From Hyphomicrobiaceae bacterium (GTDB lineage: Bacteria; Pseudomonadota; Alphaproteobacteria; Rhizobiales; Hyphomicrobiaceae), in contig OZ244980.1 of assembly GCA_965223035.1 (NCBI GenBank), positions 2,029,184-2,093,183 of the forward strand: 64,000 nucleotides of DNA, in the 5' to 3' direction. This document shows, piece by piece, positions 9,205-19,000 of this stretch. Numbering within the stretch: the first letter of the stretch is position 1; every line of letters begins with the position of its first letter. Below the pieces are notes generated by a model. It was not told where the DNA came from. It was given only the letters and a program-made list of their open reading frames with translations, and made no database searches. The translations under genes were made by a program, and so were the position numbers.

Positions 9205-9882
9205 CTAGCCAGCTAAATGCTGCCGCCAAAAGCCGAGCGTCCGCTGCCAGGCCAATTCGGCGGCAGCCCGATCGTGGGCATCCGGGCGTTGCTCGTTGAC
9301 GAAGCCGTGCTCGGCCTCGTAGCGATACAACTCCGGCGTGATGTCGGCGGCCTTGAGCGCCGCCTCGAACGCATCGACGGCGGCGGGCGTGCACCAATCG
9401 TCGCGCTGCGCGAAGTGATATTGCATCGGCACCTTGATATCGGCGGGCTTGGCAGCGGCCTCCGGAGGAATGCCGTAATAGCATACACCTGCGGAGATCT
9501 CCGGGATCTTGCACGCGCCGATGATGGTCACCGCGCCGCCCATGCAGAAGCCGGTGAGGCCGACCTTGCCGCCGCCGGCTTTCAGATATTGGACCGCGCC
9601 GCGGACGCTTTGCTCGGTGGCATCGAGGAAGTTGAGCGAACCCATCTCCTTGGCCGCGGCATCCTTGTCGTGATAGGGCACAACCACGCCGCCATACAGA
9701 TCAGGTGCCAACGCGTCGTAGCCGGCCGCCGCGTAACGATCGCAAATCCCCCGTATCTGGTCCTGCAGGCCCCACCACTCCTGGATGACGACCACGGCGG
9801 GCGCGCTGGCCCGGCCGGCCTTGGCGAGATAGCCCTCGGCGGCCTTGCCGTCGGGCCGGTTGAACGTAATCCGTGTGCCCAT
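9205..9882 (-). CDS. Dienelactone hydrolase family protein
   Basis: 225 aa. It has a VVVIQEWWGL start block, a GFCMGG nucleophile motif and a C-terminal EHGF. Confidence 0.85.
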   Translation of the reverse strand: MGTRITFNRPDGKAAEGYLAKAGRASAPAVVVIQEWWGLQDQIRGICDRYAAAGYDALAPDLYGGVVVPYHDKDAAAKEMGSLNFLDATEQSVRGAVQYLKAGGGKVGLTGFCMGGAVTIIGACKIPEISAGVCYYGIPPEAAAKPADIKVPMQYHFAQRDDWCTPAAVDAFEAALKAADITPELYRYEAEHGFVNEQRPDAHDRAAAELAWQRTLGFWRQHLAG

Positions 9883-10012
9883 CTGCTGTCTCCCAGACCT
9901 GTTCTGTTGTGTTCCTATGACGTCCCGATCACCGGCCGGGTCGCCGACCCGTGACCACTATCGCGGACATCGCCCGGTGCAATCAATAGCGCAGGTGGCA
10001 ATCGGTTCGCGA

Positions 10013-11938
10013 TCAGCTGGGCGCGTCGCCGCGATTCGCGACAGCGGGCTCGAGCAGACGGTTGAGACGCTGCATAAAGGCGGCCGGATCGTCGGGCACC
10101 TCGCCATCCAGGATCTGCGCTTGGTCCAACAGCAAATGCGCCAGATCACCAACCTTAGTCTCATCGCCCTTTGCGCGGGCCGCCGATACCGCCTGCACCA
10201 ATTGGTGGCGCATGTTGAGCTCCAAGATCGGTTTGTTGCTTTCGGTGCGCTGGGCTTGCGCCAAGATCCGCTCCAAGGCCCGATCCGGCCCGGCGCCGGC
10301 GGCCACGAGACACGCCGGACTGTCCGTCAGGCGCTTCGAGATCTTGACGTCTTGCACGCGCGGGCCGAGCGCCGACTTCACGGCCGCGATCACCACGGCG
10401 TCGTCGACCGCGTTGGTTTGCGGCTTCGCCTGTTCATCGTCGCCTTCGACCGGTGCAATCTGGCTGAAATCGACGTCGCCCTGGCTCAGCGATCGCAGCG
10501 GCTTGCCCTCGAATTCGATCGGTGTCGAGGTCCAAAACGCGTCGACATGATCGCTCAGCAGCAACACCTCGACGCCGTGTGCCTTGGCGGCTTCCAGCTT
10601 CGGATTGGATCGCAAGCGATCGATGCTGTCGCCGACCAGGTAGTAGATCGCTTCCTGCTGCGGTTTGAGGTCGTTAACCACCTGTTTGAGCGTGCGCGGC
10701 GAGTCGCCGGCCGTGGTCGCGAAGCGGGCCAGCGCCAACAACTGATCGCGCTGCTCGTGGTCTTCGTAGATGCCCTCCTTCAACACCGTTCCAAACGCCT
10801 CCCACACTTGCGCGTAGGTATCGGCATCGTTGTCCGCAAGGCTGGCCAGCTCGGATAACACGCGGCCGGTCAGCGCCTTGCGCATCTGGGCGACGAGCGG
10901 GTTATTCTGAAGCATCTCGCGGGAGATGTTGAGCGGCAGGTCCTCGCTGTCGACGATGCCACGCACGAACCGCAGGTAGGGCGGCAGCAATTCAGCGTCG
11001 TCGGTGATGAACACGCGACGAACGTAGAGCTTCACGCGTCCCTTGCGCGCCGGGTCGAACAGGTCAAATGGGCGGCGGGTCGGCGCGAACAGCAAAACGG
11101 CATAGGCCTGTCGGCCCTCGACCTTATAGTGCAAGGTCATGGCCGGCTCGTCGAAGGCGGCGGCGAGGGTCTGATAGGCTTGCTTGTAGTCCTGACTGCT
11201 CAGCTCCGATTTGGAGCGCTGCCAGATGGCGCTGGCGCTGTTGATCTGGCGCGTCGCGCCGGCGCTGCCGCCGAGCTCGATGGGAAACAGGATGTGATCA
11301 GAATAGGTGTGTACGACGCGCTCCAAGGTGCCGGGCTCCAGGTAGCGCTTGGCGTCCTGCTTTAGGTGCAACACGATCTCGGTGCCGCGCGTTACGCGCT
11401 CGGCCTGGGCCGCGTCTGCCGGGGTGATCTCGAATTCGGCCCCGCCTGAGGCACGCCAAATCCATGCCTGCTCGCTGCCGGCCCGGCGGCTGACCACCTC
11501 GATCCGATCAGCGACCATGAATGCGGAATAAAAACCGACGCCGAATTGACCGATCAGACCGGTGCCGTCCTTGGCCTCGGCCAGCTTATCGAGAAAGGCT
11601 CGGGTGCCCGATCGGGCAATGGTGCCAAGATTGTCGATCAGCTCCTGCCGATCCATGCCGATGCCGTTATCCGAAATCGCCAGCGTGCCGGCAGCCGCAT
11701 CGGGAGCAATTCTGATCTTCAGCTGCGCATCCTCGGCGAGCAGCTCCGGTTTTGCGATCGCCTCGTAGCGCAGCTTGTCGCAGGCATCGGATGCGTTGGA
11801 GATCAACTCGCGCAAGAAGATCTCGGTTTCGGAATAGACCGAGTGCACCATCAGACGCAGGACTTCGGCGACTTCGGCTTGAAAGGCGAACGATTGGCTG
11901 GCCGAGGTCTGCGATGTGTTGTCGGGTGCTGTGTTCAT
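10013..11938 (-). CDS. htpG: Molecular chaperone HtpG (Hsp90)
   Basis: Counted from ATG 11938: [60 protein letters not shown]. Confidence 0.95.
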   Translation of the reverse strand: MNTAPDNTSQTSASQSFAFQAEVAEVLRLMVHSVYSETEIFLRELISNASDACDKLRYEAIAKPELLAEDAQLKIRIAPDAAAGTLAISDNGIGMDRQELIDNLGTIARSGTRAFLDKLAEAKDGTGLIGQFGVGFYSAFMVADRIEVVSRRAGSEQAWIWRASGGAEFEITPADAAQAERVTRGTEIVLHLKQDAKRYLEPGTLERVVHTYSDHILFPIELGGSAGATRQINSASAIWQRSKSELSSQDYKQAYQTLAAAFDEPAMTLHYKVEGRQAYAVLLFAPTRRPFDLFDPARKGRVKLYVRRVFITDDAELLPPYLRFVRGIVDSEDLPLNISREMLQNNPLVAQMRKALTGRVLSELASLADNDADTYAQVWEAFGTVLKEGIYEDHEQRDQLLALARFATTAGDSPRTLKQVVNDLKPQQEAIYYLVGDSIDRLRSNPKLEAAKAHGVEVLLLSDHVDAFWTSTPIEFEGKPLRSLSQGDVDFSQIAPVEGDDEQAKPQTNAVDDAVVIAAVKSALGPRVQDVKISKRLTDSPACLVAAGAGPDRALERILAQAQRTESNKPILELNMRHQLVQAVSAARAKGDETKVGDLAHLLLDQAQILDGEVPDDPAAFMQRLNRLLEPAVANRGDAPS

Positions 11939-11976
11939 AAGACCTCCACCGGCCGCGCTGCTTCGCCACGGCCCGG

Positions 11977-12004
11977 ATATAGCGACCACGTCAGGTCATG
12001 CAAG
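11977..12004 (-). promoter_or_regulatory. Putative RpoH (sigma-32) type promoter of htpG
   Basis: On the coding strand the sequence reads CTTG-N17-gCTATAT, 40-65 nt upstream of the htpG ATG. This is one mismatch from the alphaproteobacterial heat-shock consensus CTTG-N17/18-CYTATNT. Confidence 0.45.
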
Positions 12005-12029
12005 GGGCGCGTGGCGAGCGCAGGGCCGC

Positions 12030-12095
12030 TTGATCATCCTTGTGCCTTGGATTGGAACTGTCTTAGCGGTTCTGATTCAAGTTATAGTGATCTAG
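12030..12095. repeat. Degenerate H-module copy
   Basis: tgatcatccttgtgccttggattggaac...cggttctgattcaag..tagtgatctag. The terminal cta is the stop codon (complement) of the thioesterase gene. Confidence 0.6.
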
Positions 12096-12511
12096 CCTGC
12101 CGCATTGAACAGCGCGATCACCTCGGCCGGCACGGGGACGGAGCGCAGCTTGCCGGTGTCGGGGTCGCGCCCGACCAACACACGCTTTTCCTGGCTCTCG
12201 ACGGCAACATCCTTGCCGCGCAGCAGTTTGTGCTCAATTTGAAAGCTGGACCGGCCAAACTGAGGAATGCTGGTCTCGATCGTCACCCGGTCGCCGTAGC
12301 TCGATGGGATATGAAACTGCGCGCGGGTATCGACCAGCGGGAAGCCAACCAGGTTATAACGCTGCAAGAACACCTTTTTCGGTAGGCCTGCGTTTTCGAA
12401 GTGCTCCAGGATGTTGTTGTCGAACCAGCGAAAATAGTTGGGAAAATACACGATGTCGGCGGGGTCGCAGTCGCCCCATTCAATGCGGATCTCGCGACGG
12501 GTTATCAGCAT
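12092..12511 (-). CDS. Acyl-CoA thioesterase, 4HBT/YbgC-like hotdog fold
   Basis: 139 aa from ATG 12511 (IRIEWGDCDPADIVYFPNYFRWFD ... GFPLVDTRAQF). The longer ORF to 12871 is an upstream extension without family similarity. Confidence 0.8.
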   Translation of the reverse strand: MLITRREIRIEWGDCDPADIVYFPNYFRWFDNNILEHFENAGLPKKVFLQRYNLVGFPLVDTRAQFHIPSSYGDRVTIETSIPQFGRSSFQIEHKLLRGKDVAVESQEKRVLVGRDPDTGKLRSVPVPAEVIALFNAAG

Positions 12512-12650
12512 GAGGGGGCACTCCTTGCGTTGGGCCGTGGGCTTTCGTGTCGGCCAATGAAGCCACCGGCGCGGCTTATCCGCCCACGGCGCACATGCAC
12601 GAGCTGCGTTCTCAGGTCGGTCGCCGCGCCACGCAAAACCTGTCGCGTCA

Positions 12651-12684
12651 CAGGTGGACCTCATAGACAGGTGGACCTCATAGT
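12651..12684. repeat. Perfect-core 17-bp tandem duplication spanning the serA stop codon
   Basis: caggtggacctcataga followed by caggtggacctcatagt. The serA stop (tca on the plus strand, 12678-12680) lies in the second unit. Confidence 0.9.
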
Positions 12685-13928
12685 CTGTGCAAAACGCGCG
12701 CGCGCACCGTTCCCGGATTGGCGCGAATTTCGGCCAAGATCCCTTCAGCATCCTCCACATGACCATCCGCGTCGAGTACCACATAGCCGATGTCGCCGTC
12801 GGTTTGGTAGTGCTGGGCGGCGATGTTGACCTTGCGGCGCGCAAACACCTCGTTGAGGCGTTGCAACTCACCCGGCAGGTTCTCCTGGACCTGGATGAAA
12901 CGGGTGCCGGCTGGCCGTGGCGGCAGCTGGACTTGCGGAAAATTGACGGCGCCAGCCGTCGAGCCGACGTCGGAATACTCCACGAACTTGCGGGCCACCT
13001 CCGCGCCGATGCGCTCCTGCGCCTCTTCCGTCGAGCCGCCGATATGGGGTGTGAGGATCACATTGTCGAGCCCTTGCAATGGACTGCCAAAGCGATCGGC
13101 GTTGGAGACCGGCTCAACCGGAAAGACGTCGACGGCGGCGCCCGCCAGGTGTCGGCTGCTCAAGGCTGCTGCCAGCGCGTCAAGATCGACCAGTGTTCCC
13201 CGGGCGTTGTTGATGAAGAACGCGCCCGGCTTCATGCGCGCAAATTCGCGGGCGCCAAACATGCTCACCGTCTCGGGCGTTGCGGGCAGATGAACGGTGA
13301 TAACATCGGCTGCCGCCAGCAGCTCGTCCAGCGTGTCGGTCGGCTCTACGTTGCCGCGACGTAAGCGATCGGTATGGTCGTAAAACATCACCCGCATGCC
13401 CATCGCCTCGGCCAGATCGGAGAGCTGGCTGCCGATATTGCCGTAGCCGACGATCCCCAGCGTCTTGCCGCGCACCTCTCGGCTGCCGCTTGCCGACTTG
13501 TCCCAGCCGCCGAGGTGGGCGCTCGCGGAGCGCGGTAAGATCCGCCGGTAGAGCATGATCACCTCAGCGATGGTCAACTCGGCGACGCTTCGGGTGTTGG
13601 AGAAGGGCGCGTTAAAGACCGGGATGCCCTTGCGCCGTGCTGCGGCAAGATCAACCTGATTGGTTCCTACCGAGAAGCAGCCGATCGCCACCAACTTGTC
13701 GGTTGCGGCCACGATCTGCGCGGTGATCTGCGTGCGTGAACGAATGCCGAGGATGCGCACGCCATCCAGCGCCTCGATCAACGCCGCGCCGTCCAACGCT
13801 TTGCCATGGCGCTCCACATTGGTGTAACCGGCGTTGGCGAGGACGGCGACCGCGTTGTCGGATATGTTCTCCAGCAACAGGACCTTGATCTTGTCCTTAG
13901 GAAGCGAAGGATTTTGGATCGTGCCCAT
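12678..13928 (-). CDS. serA: D-3-phosphoglycerate dehydrogenase with C-terminal ACT domain
   Basis: 416 aa from ATG 13928. It has a GIVGYGNIGSQ Rossmann motif and a LTPHIGGSTEEAQ catalytic block. The ACT-like tail is IQVQENLPGELQRLNEVFA. Confidence 0.93.
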   Translation of the reverse strand: MGTIQNPSLPKDKIKVLLLENISDNAVAVLANAGYTNVERHGKALDGAALIEALDGVRILGIRSRTQITAQIVAATDKLVAIGCFSVGTNQVDLAAARRKGIPVFNAPFSNTRSVAELTIAEVIMLYRRILPRSASAHLGGWDKSASGSREVRGKTLGIVGYGNIGSQLSDLAEAMGMRVMFYDHTDRLRRGNVEPTDTLDELLAAADVITVHLPATPETVSMFGAREFARMKPGAFFINNARGTLVDLDALAAALSSRHLAGAAVDVFPVEPVSNADRFGSPLQGLDNVILTPHIGGSTEEAQERIGAEVARKFVEYSDVGSTAGAVNFPQVQLPPRPAGTRFIQVQENLPGELQRLNEVFARRKVNIAAQHYQTDGDIGYVVLDADGHVEDAEGILAEIRANPGTVRARVLHRL

Positions 13929-14045
13929 GAGGTTGGTCCAACCAGTTGGGACGTGACGTGCGCTCAGCCCCGCGTTGCCGATCAAGCCGGCAACCTTATG
14001 CCGGGGTCAAGTCCGGTCTCGTTGCCAGCGTTGGTCTTTATCGGA

Positions 14046-14092
14046 TCGCGGCTAAAGCACAAAGTCGCTCTACAACTTAGGGCGATGATCTA
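14046..14092. repeat. Partial mosaic-repeat fragment
   Basis: gcggctaaagcac..ctctacaacttagggcgatgatctag resembles the complement of the left end of the 19969-20057 copy. Confidence 0.5.
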
Positions 14093-14290
14093 GGCCGTTG
14101 GTCTCGGTGTTTCGTTTGACTTGTCAAATTCCTGTCTATCCATCGTTAGTTGTAACGGGATCAGCAGAGCGCGGCTGCGCGTGGCCGCTCAATCCGACGG
14201 CGTTGCAGGCTTTGATCTTGCATTTGATTCACGGTTGAATGGGTTCGCTCGGTCTTCGACGTCACAACCATCGCTTGGGAGGATTTGTGG

Positions 14291-14890
14291 ATGACCAACG
14301 CCGCATCTGCCGACAGGCTGCCGCATACGCGCAAGGTATCGCGGTTGCCGCCGCTGCCGGAACAGGTGGACCCGATCGTCGCGCAGCGGTTTGCGGATCA
14401 GCGCGCGCGCGGCGGCGAACCCTTGAACCTCCATTTGACCCAGGCCCATGCGCCGCACCTGACCAAAGCCAAGAGCGCGTTTGTGTGGATGCTGCGTAAC
14501 GAGACGAAGCTGGGTCGCCGGCTTTTGGAGCTGACAATCGTGCGCACCGCGCTGATCGTCGATTGCGCCTATGAGTTGGATCATCATGTGCCGATGGCCC
14601 GTAAAGCCGGGTATACGGATCAGCAGATCGATGCGTTGCGGGATTGGCGGTCGCAGGCCGCGCTGTTCCAGGACAAGGAGCTGACGCTGCTGGCCTTTAT
14701 CGACCAGCTGTGTGCCGGCGGCGAGGTCGACGATCCGACCTATGCGGCGTTGGCGGGACATTTCAGCCCGCAGGAAATTGTCGAGATCTGCTATTGCGCC
14801 ACCTCATATTACGCCAATGCTCTGTTCGTGAAGGCCCTGCGCATCGAGATCGACGCGCCGCACGTCAAAGCCGCCGATGGCAAATACTAG
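14291..14890 (+). CDS. Carboxymuconolactone decarboxylase (AhpD-like) family protein
   Basis: GGGAGGA lies 8 nt before ATG 14291. CMD-type helices (LLELTIVRTALIVDCAYELDHHVPMARKAG). The stop TAG is rebuilt from target TA plus the first G of the IS. Confidence 0.8.
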   Translation: MTNAASADRLPHTRKVSRLPPLPEQVDPIVAQRFADQRARGGEPLNLHLTQAHAPHLTKAKSAFVWMLRNETKLGRRLLELTIVRTALIVDCAYELDHHVPMARKAGYTDQQIDALRDWRSQAALFQDKELTLLAFIDQLCAGGEVDDPTYAALAGHFSPQEIVEICYCATSYYANALFVKALRIEIDAPHVKAADGKY

Positions 14891-15726
14891 GGCCTGTTGT
14901 GATTCAGCGCGAGTGTATCACAGTTGCTGCCGCATAGATCATTGCACGGTAGCTGCTGTCAGTCTTCTCGCTGCGTGTGGCGATACGCTTGAACTCCTTG
15001 AGTTTGCAGAAGAAGTTCTCGATGAGGTGGCGCCATTTGTAGATCTCCTCGTCGATTTGGAGACGCCGTTTTCGTTTTGGTCTTTGCGAGATGACGATGC
15101 CGGCACCCCGCGCGTTCAGTTCATCAATGATCCAGTTGCAATCGTAGGCCTTGTCAGCGATCAGCGCTGCGAACTCGACCTTCTCGATCAGCGGTGCGAC
15201 GCCGACCGTATCGTAGCGATTTCCGGGCAGCAGAACGAAGCGCACGAGACTGCCGAGGGCGTCGGTCAGTGCGACAATCTTCGTTGTCCACCCGCCCTTC
15301 GACTTGCCGATGGCCTGACTTTGAGTCCCCCTTTTGCGCCGTGTCCGTGGCGATGGACATGGACGATGGTGGCATCGATCATCGCGTACTCCATGTCCGG
15401 ATCATCGGATAGAGCGTTGAAAATTTTCGCAAAAACATCACGCGCAGCCCAATAACGAAAGCGCTGAAACACCGTATTCCAATTGCCGAATTCCGATGGC
15501 AGGTCGCGCCATGGACTGCCCGTGCGAACGATCCACAGAACGGCTTCGATGAACACCCGACCATCACCACCGGTGCGACCGGCATCGGTCTTCTTGCCCA
15601 GACAAAGCGGCTCAATCTTTTCCCACTGACGATCTGTCAAACAGTAACGAATCATTTGCAGCCCCCTGTTTTGGGAGCTTGAATCACAAACCAGGTCCAA
15701 AGTGAATCCTGATTCCCAACAGGCCC
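14890..15726 (-). mobile_element. IS5-family insertion sequence (small IS427/IS1031-like type), 837 bp
   Basis: Imperfect terminal inverted repeats GGGCCTGTTGtGAtTCAG / GGGCCTGTTGgGAaTCAG. TA is duplicated on both sides inside an original cTAg. A two-frame DDE transposase lies inside. Confidence 0.85.
14904..15655 (-). CDS. IS5-family transposase, two overlapping frames (orfA 15655-15266; orfB frame ends 14904), needing a -1 shift
   Basis: orfA: MIRYCLTDRQWEKIEPL...SPWRDLP. The -1 frame continues GTQSQAIGKSKGGWTTKIVALTDALGSLVRFVLLPGNRYD...ADKAYD. The frames switch at AAAAGGGGG (complement of 15327-15335). I cannot tell programmed frameshifting from an inactivating mutation. Confidence 0.75.
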
Positions 15727-16003
15727 TAGAGCAACCTGCCTTTGATCGGAATCGGAACGAACCCGATTAAAGGCAGGTTGCTCACCACTTTAAGAGCGAT
15801 CATCTTTGCGCCTTAAATCGGAACCGGCGCAATTGGAATCGGCGTTGCGGTTCCGATTTAAGGCGCGATGATCTAGATCAGTCCACCTAAGGCGGATTAG
15901 CTTTGCTGGGCGGGGGAGCGGGAGGGTTCAAGCCAACTCTGAAACGCTTTAGAGAGCACCTTGCTGTTGATCGGAAGCGGGAGGAAACCGATCAAAGCTT
16001 TCC
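15727..16003. repeat. Composite mosaic repeat: two H-modules (15727-15876), short G-module (15877-15934), third module (15961-16003)
   Basis: tagagcaacctgcctttgatcgg..., then cactttaagagcgatcatctttgcgccttaaatcggaaccg...cggttccgatttaaggcgcgatgatctag, then aaggcggattagc...gggagggttcaagcc, then ttgatcggaagcgggaggaaaccgatcaa. Confidence 0.9.
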
Positions 16004-16039
16004 AGCCCGGCAAATCGCATCGGCCGCGGTGGAGGACCG

Positions 16040-19000
16040 TCAAGCTTGTTGGCGTTCGGACGCCCGATCGACATCGGCTGAGGGACGCGGCAGTGCCGGT
16101 GCGCGCAGTTGAGCCAACAAAGTGGCTTCCTGCGCCTTGGCCCGTTCGGCGTTGGCCAGTTTGACGTGGCCGAAGCCCTTGATGCCGAGCGGTAACCGAG
16201 CGAGCTCTACGGCAACGGGGTGCGTATCGGGCGACAGCCGTTCGCTGATCTCGCCCAGCAGGCGCTCGTAGTCTGTGATCATCTGGCGCTCGAGCCGGCG
16301 CTCGCTGGTTCGCCCGAACAGATCCCAGCGCGTGCCGCGCAGACCGCGGGCCTTGGCTAGCCAACGGAACAGCGGCAGGATCACCCAGCCTGGGATGCGC
16401 AGTTTGCGCGGATGTCCGGTCACCTTGTCCTTCCAAGCCCAGGACATCAGCGGCGGTGCCAGATGGAAGTCGATGTGGCGCACGCCCTCGAATTGGGCAT
16501 CGATCTCCGCCTTGAATTTCGGCTCGGTGAACAGTCGCGCCACCTCGTACTCGTCCTTGTAGGCCAACAGCTTGTGGTAGGCTTCGGCCACCGCCGCAGC
16601 GAGCCCGGACGCGCCTGGCGCTTGCGAGCGTTCGACGCTGGCGACGGCGTCGACCTGGGCGCGATAGCGTGCGGCGAGCGCGTCATCTTGGTATGCCGAC
16701 AAGTGTTTGCTGCGCTGCGCAACCATTTCGTCCAACGTGGGTGATGCGGGTGGGTGCGAGGCCGCGATCGGCGCCAAATAACGATTGAGCGCGTCGAGAT
16801 CGTGCACGGCCAAACGCCCGAATCGAAACGCCTGCCGGTTCATCTCGACGGCGGCGCCATTGAGCTCGATCGCCTGTTCAATTGCCGCCGCCGGGATCGG
16901 CACATGACCCAATTGATAGGCCAGTCCTAACAGCAGCATGTTGGCGGCGATCGAATCCCCGAACAGGCGCGTCGCGTAGCCATGGGCGTCGATCGCGTGG
17001 CATGGACCACCCTTTACTTTTTCGGCAATGGCAGCACGCAGGCCGTCGCCAGGCACCGCTAAGTCGGGGTCGCGGGTGAATGCGCCCGTCGTCATCTCAT
17101 AGGTCGAGAAGACCACCGCGGTCGCGCCGGGTTTCACCGCGTCGAGAATCTTGTTGGACGCGGTGACGACAAGATCGCCGCCGACGATCAAATCAGCGCC
17201 CCCGACCCCGACGCGGATGGCGTGAATGTCGGCGGGGCTTTTCGCGACCTTCATGTGGCAGGCAACGGCGCCGCCTTTTTGTGCAAGGCCGGTCATGTCG
17301 ATCGAGCCGAAGCCCAAGCCGGCCATGTGTGCGGCCTGGGCCAACACCGCACTGATCGTCACCACACCGGTGCCGCCGACACCATTGACGATCATGGCGT
17401 AGGGCGCATCGAGCGACGGTAGGTCCGGCTCCGGTAGTGCGCCGAGCATAGCGGCAACGCCGCTCTGCCGCTCGCCGTCAGCACTGGTCGATGATCGGGT
17501 TGGCTGGCCGGCTTTTTTTATGCTGGCGCCGTGCAAGGTGACAAAGCTTGGGCAGAAGCCCTCAAGGCAGCTGAAATCCTTGTTGCAGGCCGATTGATCA
17601 ATCTGCCGTTTGCGTCCGAACGCGGTTTCCAGCGGCAATATCGCCACGCAGTTAGAGACAACACCACAGTCCCCGCATCCTTCACAGACGGCGGGGTTGA
17701 TGTACACCCGCCGGTCGGGGTCGGGGAACAGCCCGCGCTTGCGCCGCCGGCGCTTCTCCGCAGCGCAGGTTTGGTCGTAGATCAGGACGGTGACCCCAGG
17801 TGTCTCCGCCAATTGCCTTTGCACCGAGATCAGGTTGCGGCGGTGGTGAACCGCCACTACGGCGGGTAACTGGCCGGAGCCAGCGTATTTGTCAGGCTCG
17901 TCCGTCACCACGACGCAACGGCGCACGCCTTCAGCCAAAACCTGACGGGCCATCTGCGCGACGGTGATGCCGCCATCCAGCGCTTGGCCGCCGGTCATCG
18001 CAACGGCGTCATTGTAGAGCAGCTTGAATGTGATGTTGGTTCCGGCGGCGACGGCGGCCCGGATCGGAAGACTGCCGGAATGGATATAGGTGCCGTCACC
18101 CAGGTTCTGGAACACGTGCTTTCGGGTCGAAAACGGAGCCTCACCGATCCAATTGGCGCCCTCCCCACCCATTTGCGTGAAGCCTTCGGTGTTGCGGTCC
18201 ATCCACTGCACCATGTAATGGCAGCCGATGCCGGCATACGCGCGCGCGTCCTTGGGCAAGCGGGTGGATGTGTTATGCGGACAGCCGGCGCAAAAGTAGG
18301 GTGTGCGCGGAAATCTGTCGGCCTGCGTTGCGCGGTTGCCGCGCAGCTGGTTGAGTTGGGCGACACGCGCCTTGAGATGTTCGCCGCCCGACCCGCGCTG
18401 GATCAGCCGGCCACCAATCGAGAGCGCAAGCTCGGTCGGCTCAAGCGCGCCGAATGCCGGAAACAGCCAGTCGCGGATATCGTTGGCCTCACTGCGCTTG
18501 CCCAGCACGTCCGGCCGGTTGGGCTGATCGAATAGCTGCTCTTTGACTTGCGTTTCGATCAGCGAACGCTTCTCCTCGATCACCAGGATCAGATCGAGCC
18601 CATCGGCGAAGCGCTGCAGGCCTTCGGGTTCCAGCGGCCAGGTCATGGCGACCTTGTAGAGCCGCAGCCCCAGTTCGTTGGCCTTGACCTCGTCGATGCC
18701 CAGCTCATCCAACGCGGCGCGCGTGTCGAGGTAGCTTTTGCCGGTGGTGATGATGCCGATCTTGGCGTTGCTGCCGCCTGACATCACGATCCGGTCCAGG
18801 CGATTGGTCTTGGCAAAGGCCAGCATCGCCCGGCGCTTGAAATCGTGGAGCCGTTGCTCCTTTTCCAACGGCGTATCGCCCAACCTGATGTTGAGGCCGC
18901 CCGGCGGCATGCGAAATTCGTCGTCGCTGGGCAGCTCAATGGTGACGCGGTCTAACCGGCCGTCGACGGTCGCCGTCGATTCAATGTTATCCTTAACGCA

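Noticed and set aside
15727-15876. Whether the regularly structured hairpin repeats could be a CRISPR array.
   Set aside because: At most two units are adjacent. The units are internally palindromic and scattered across the window in both orientations. There are no unique spacers of constant length, and no cas genes are present.
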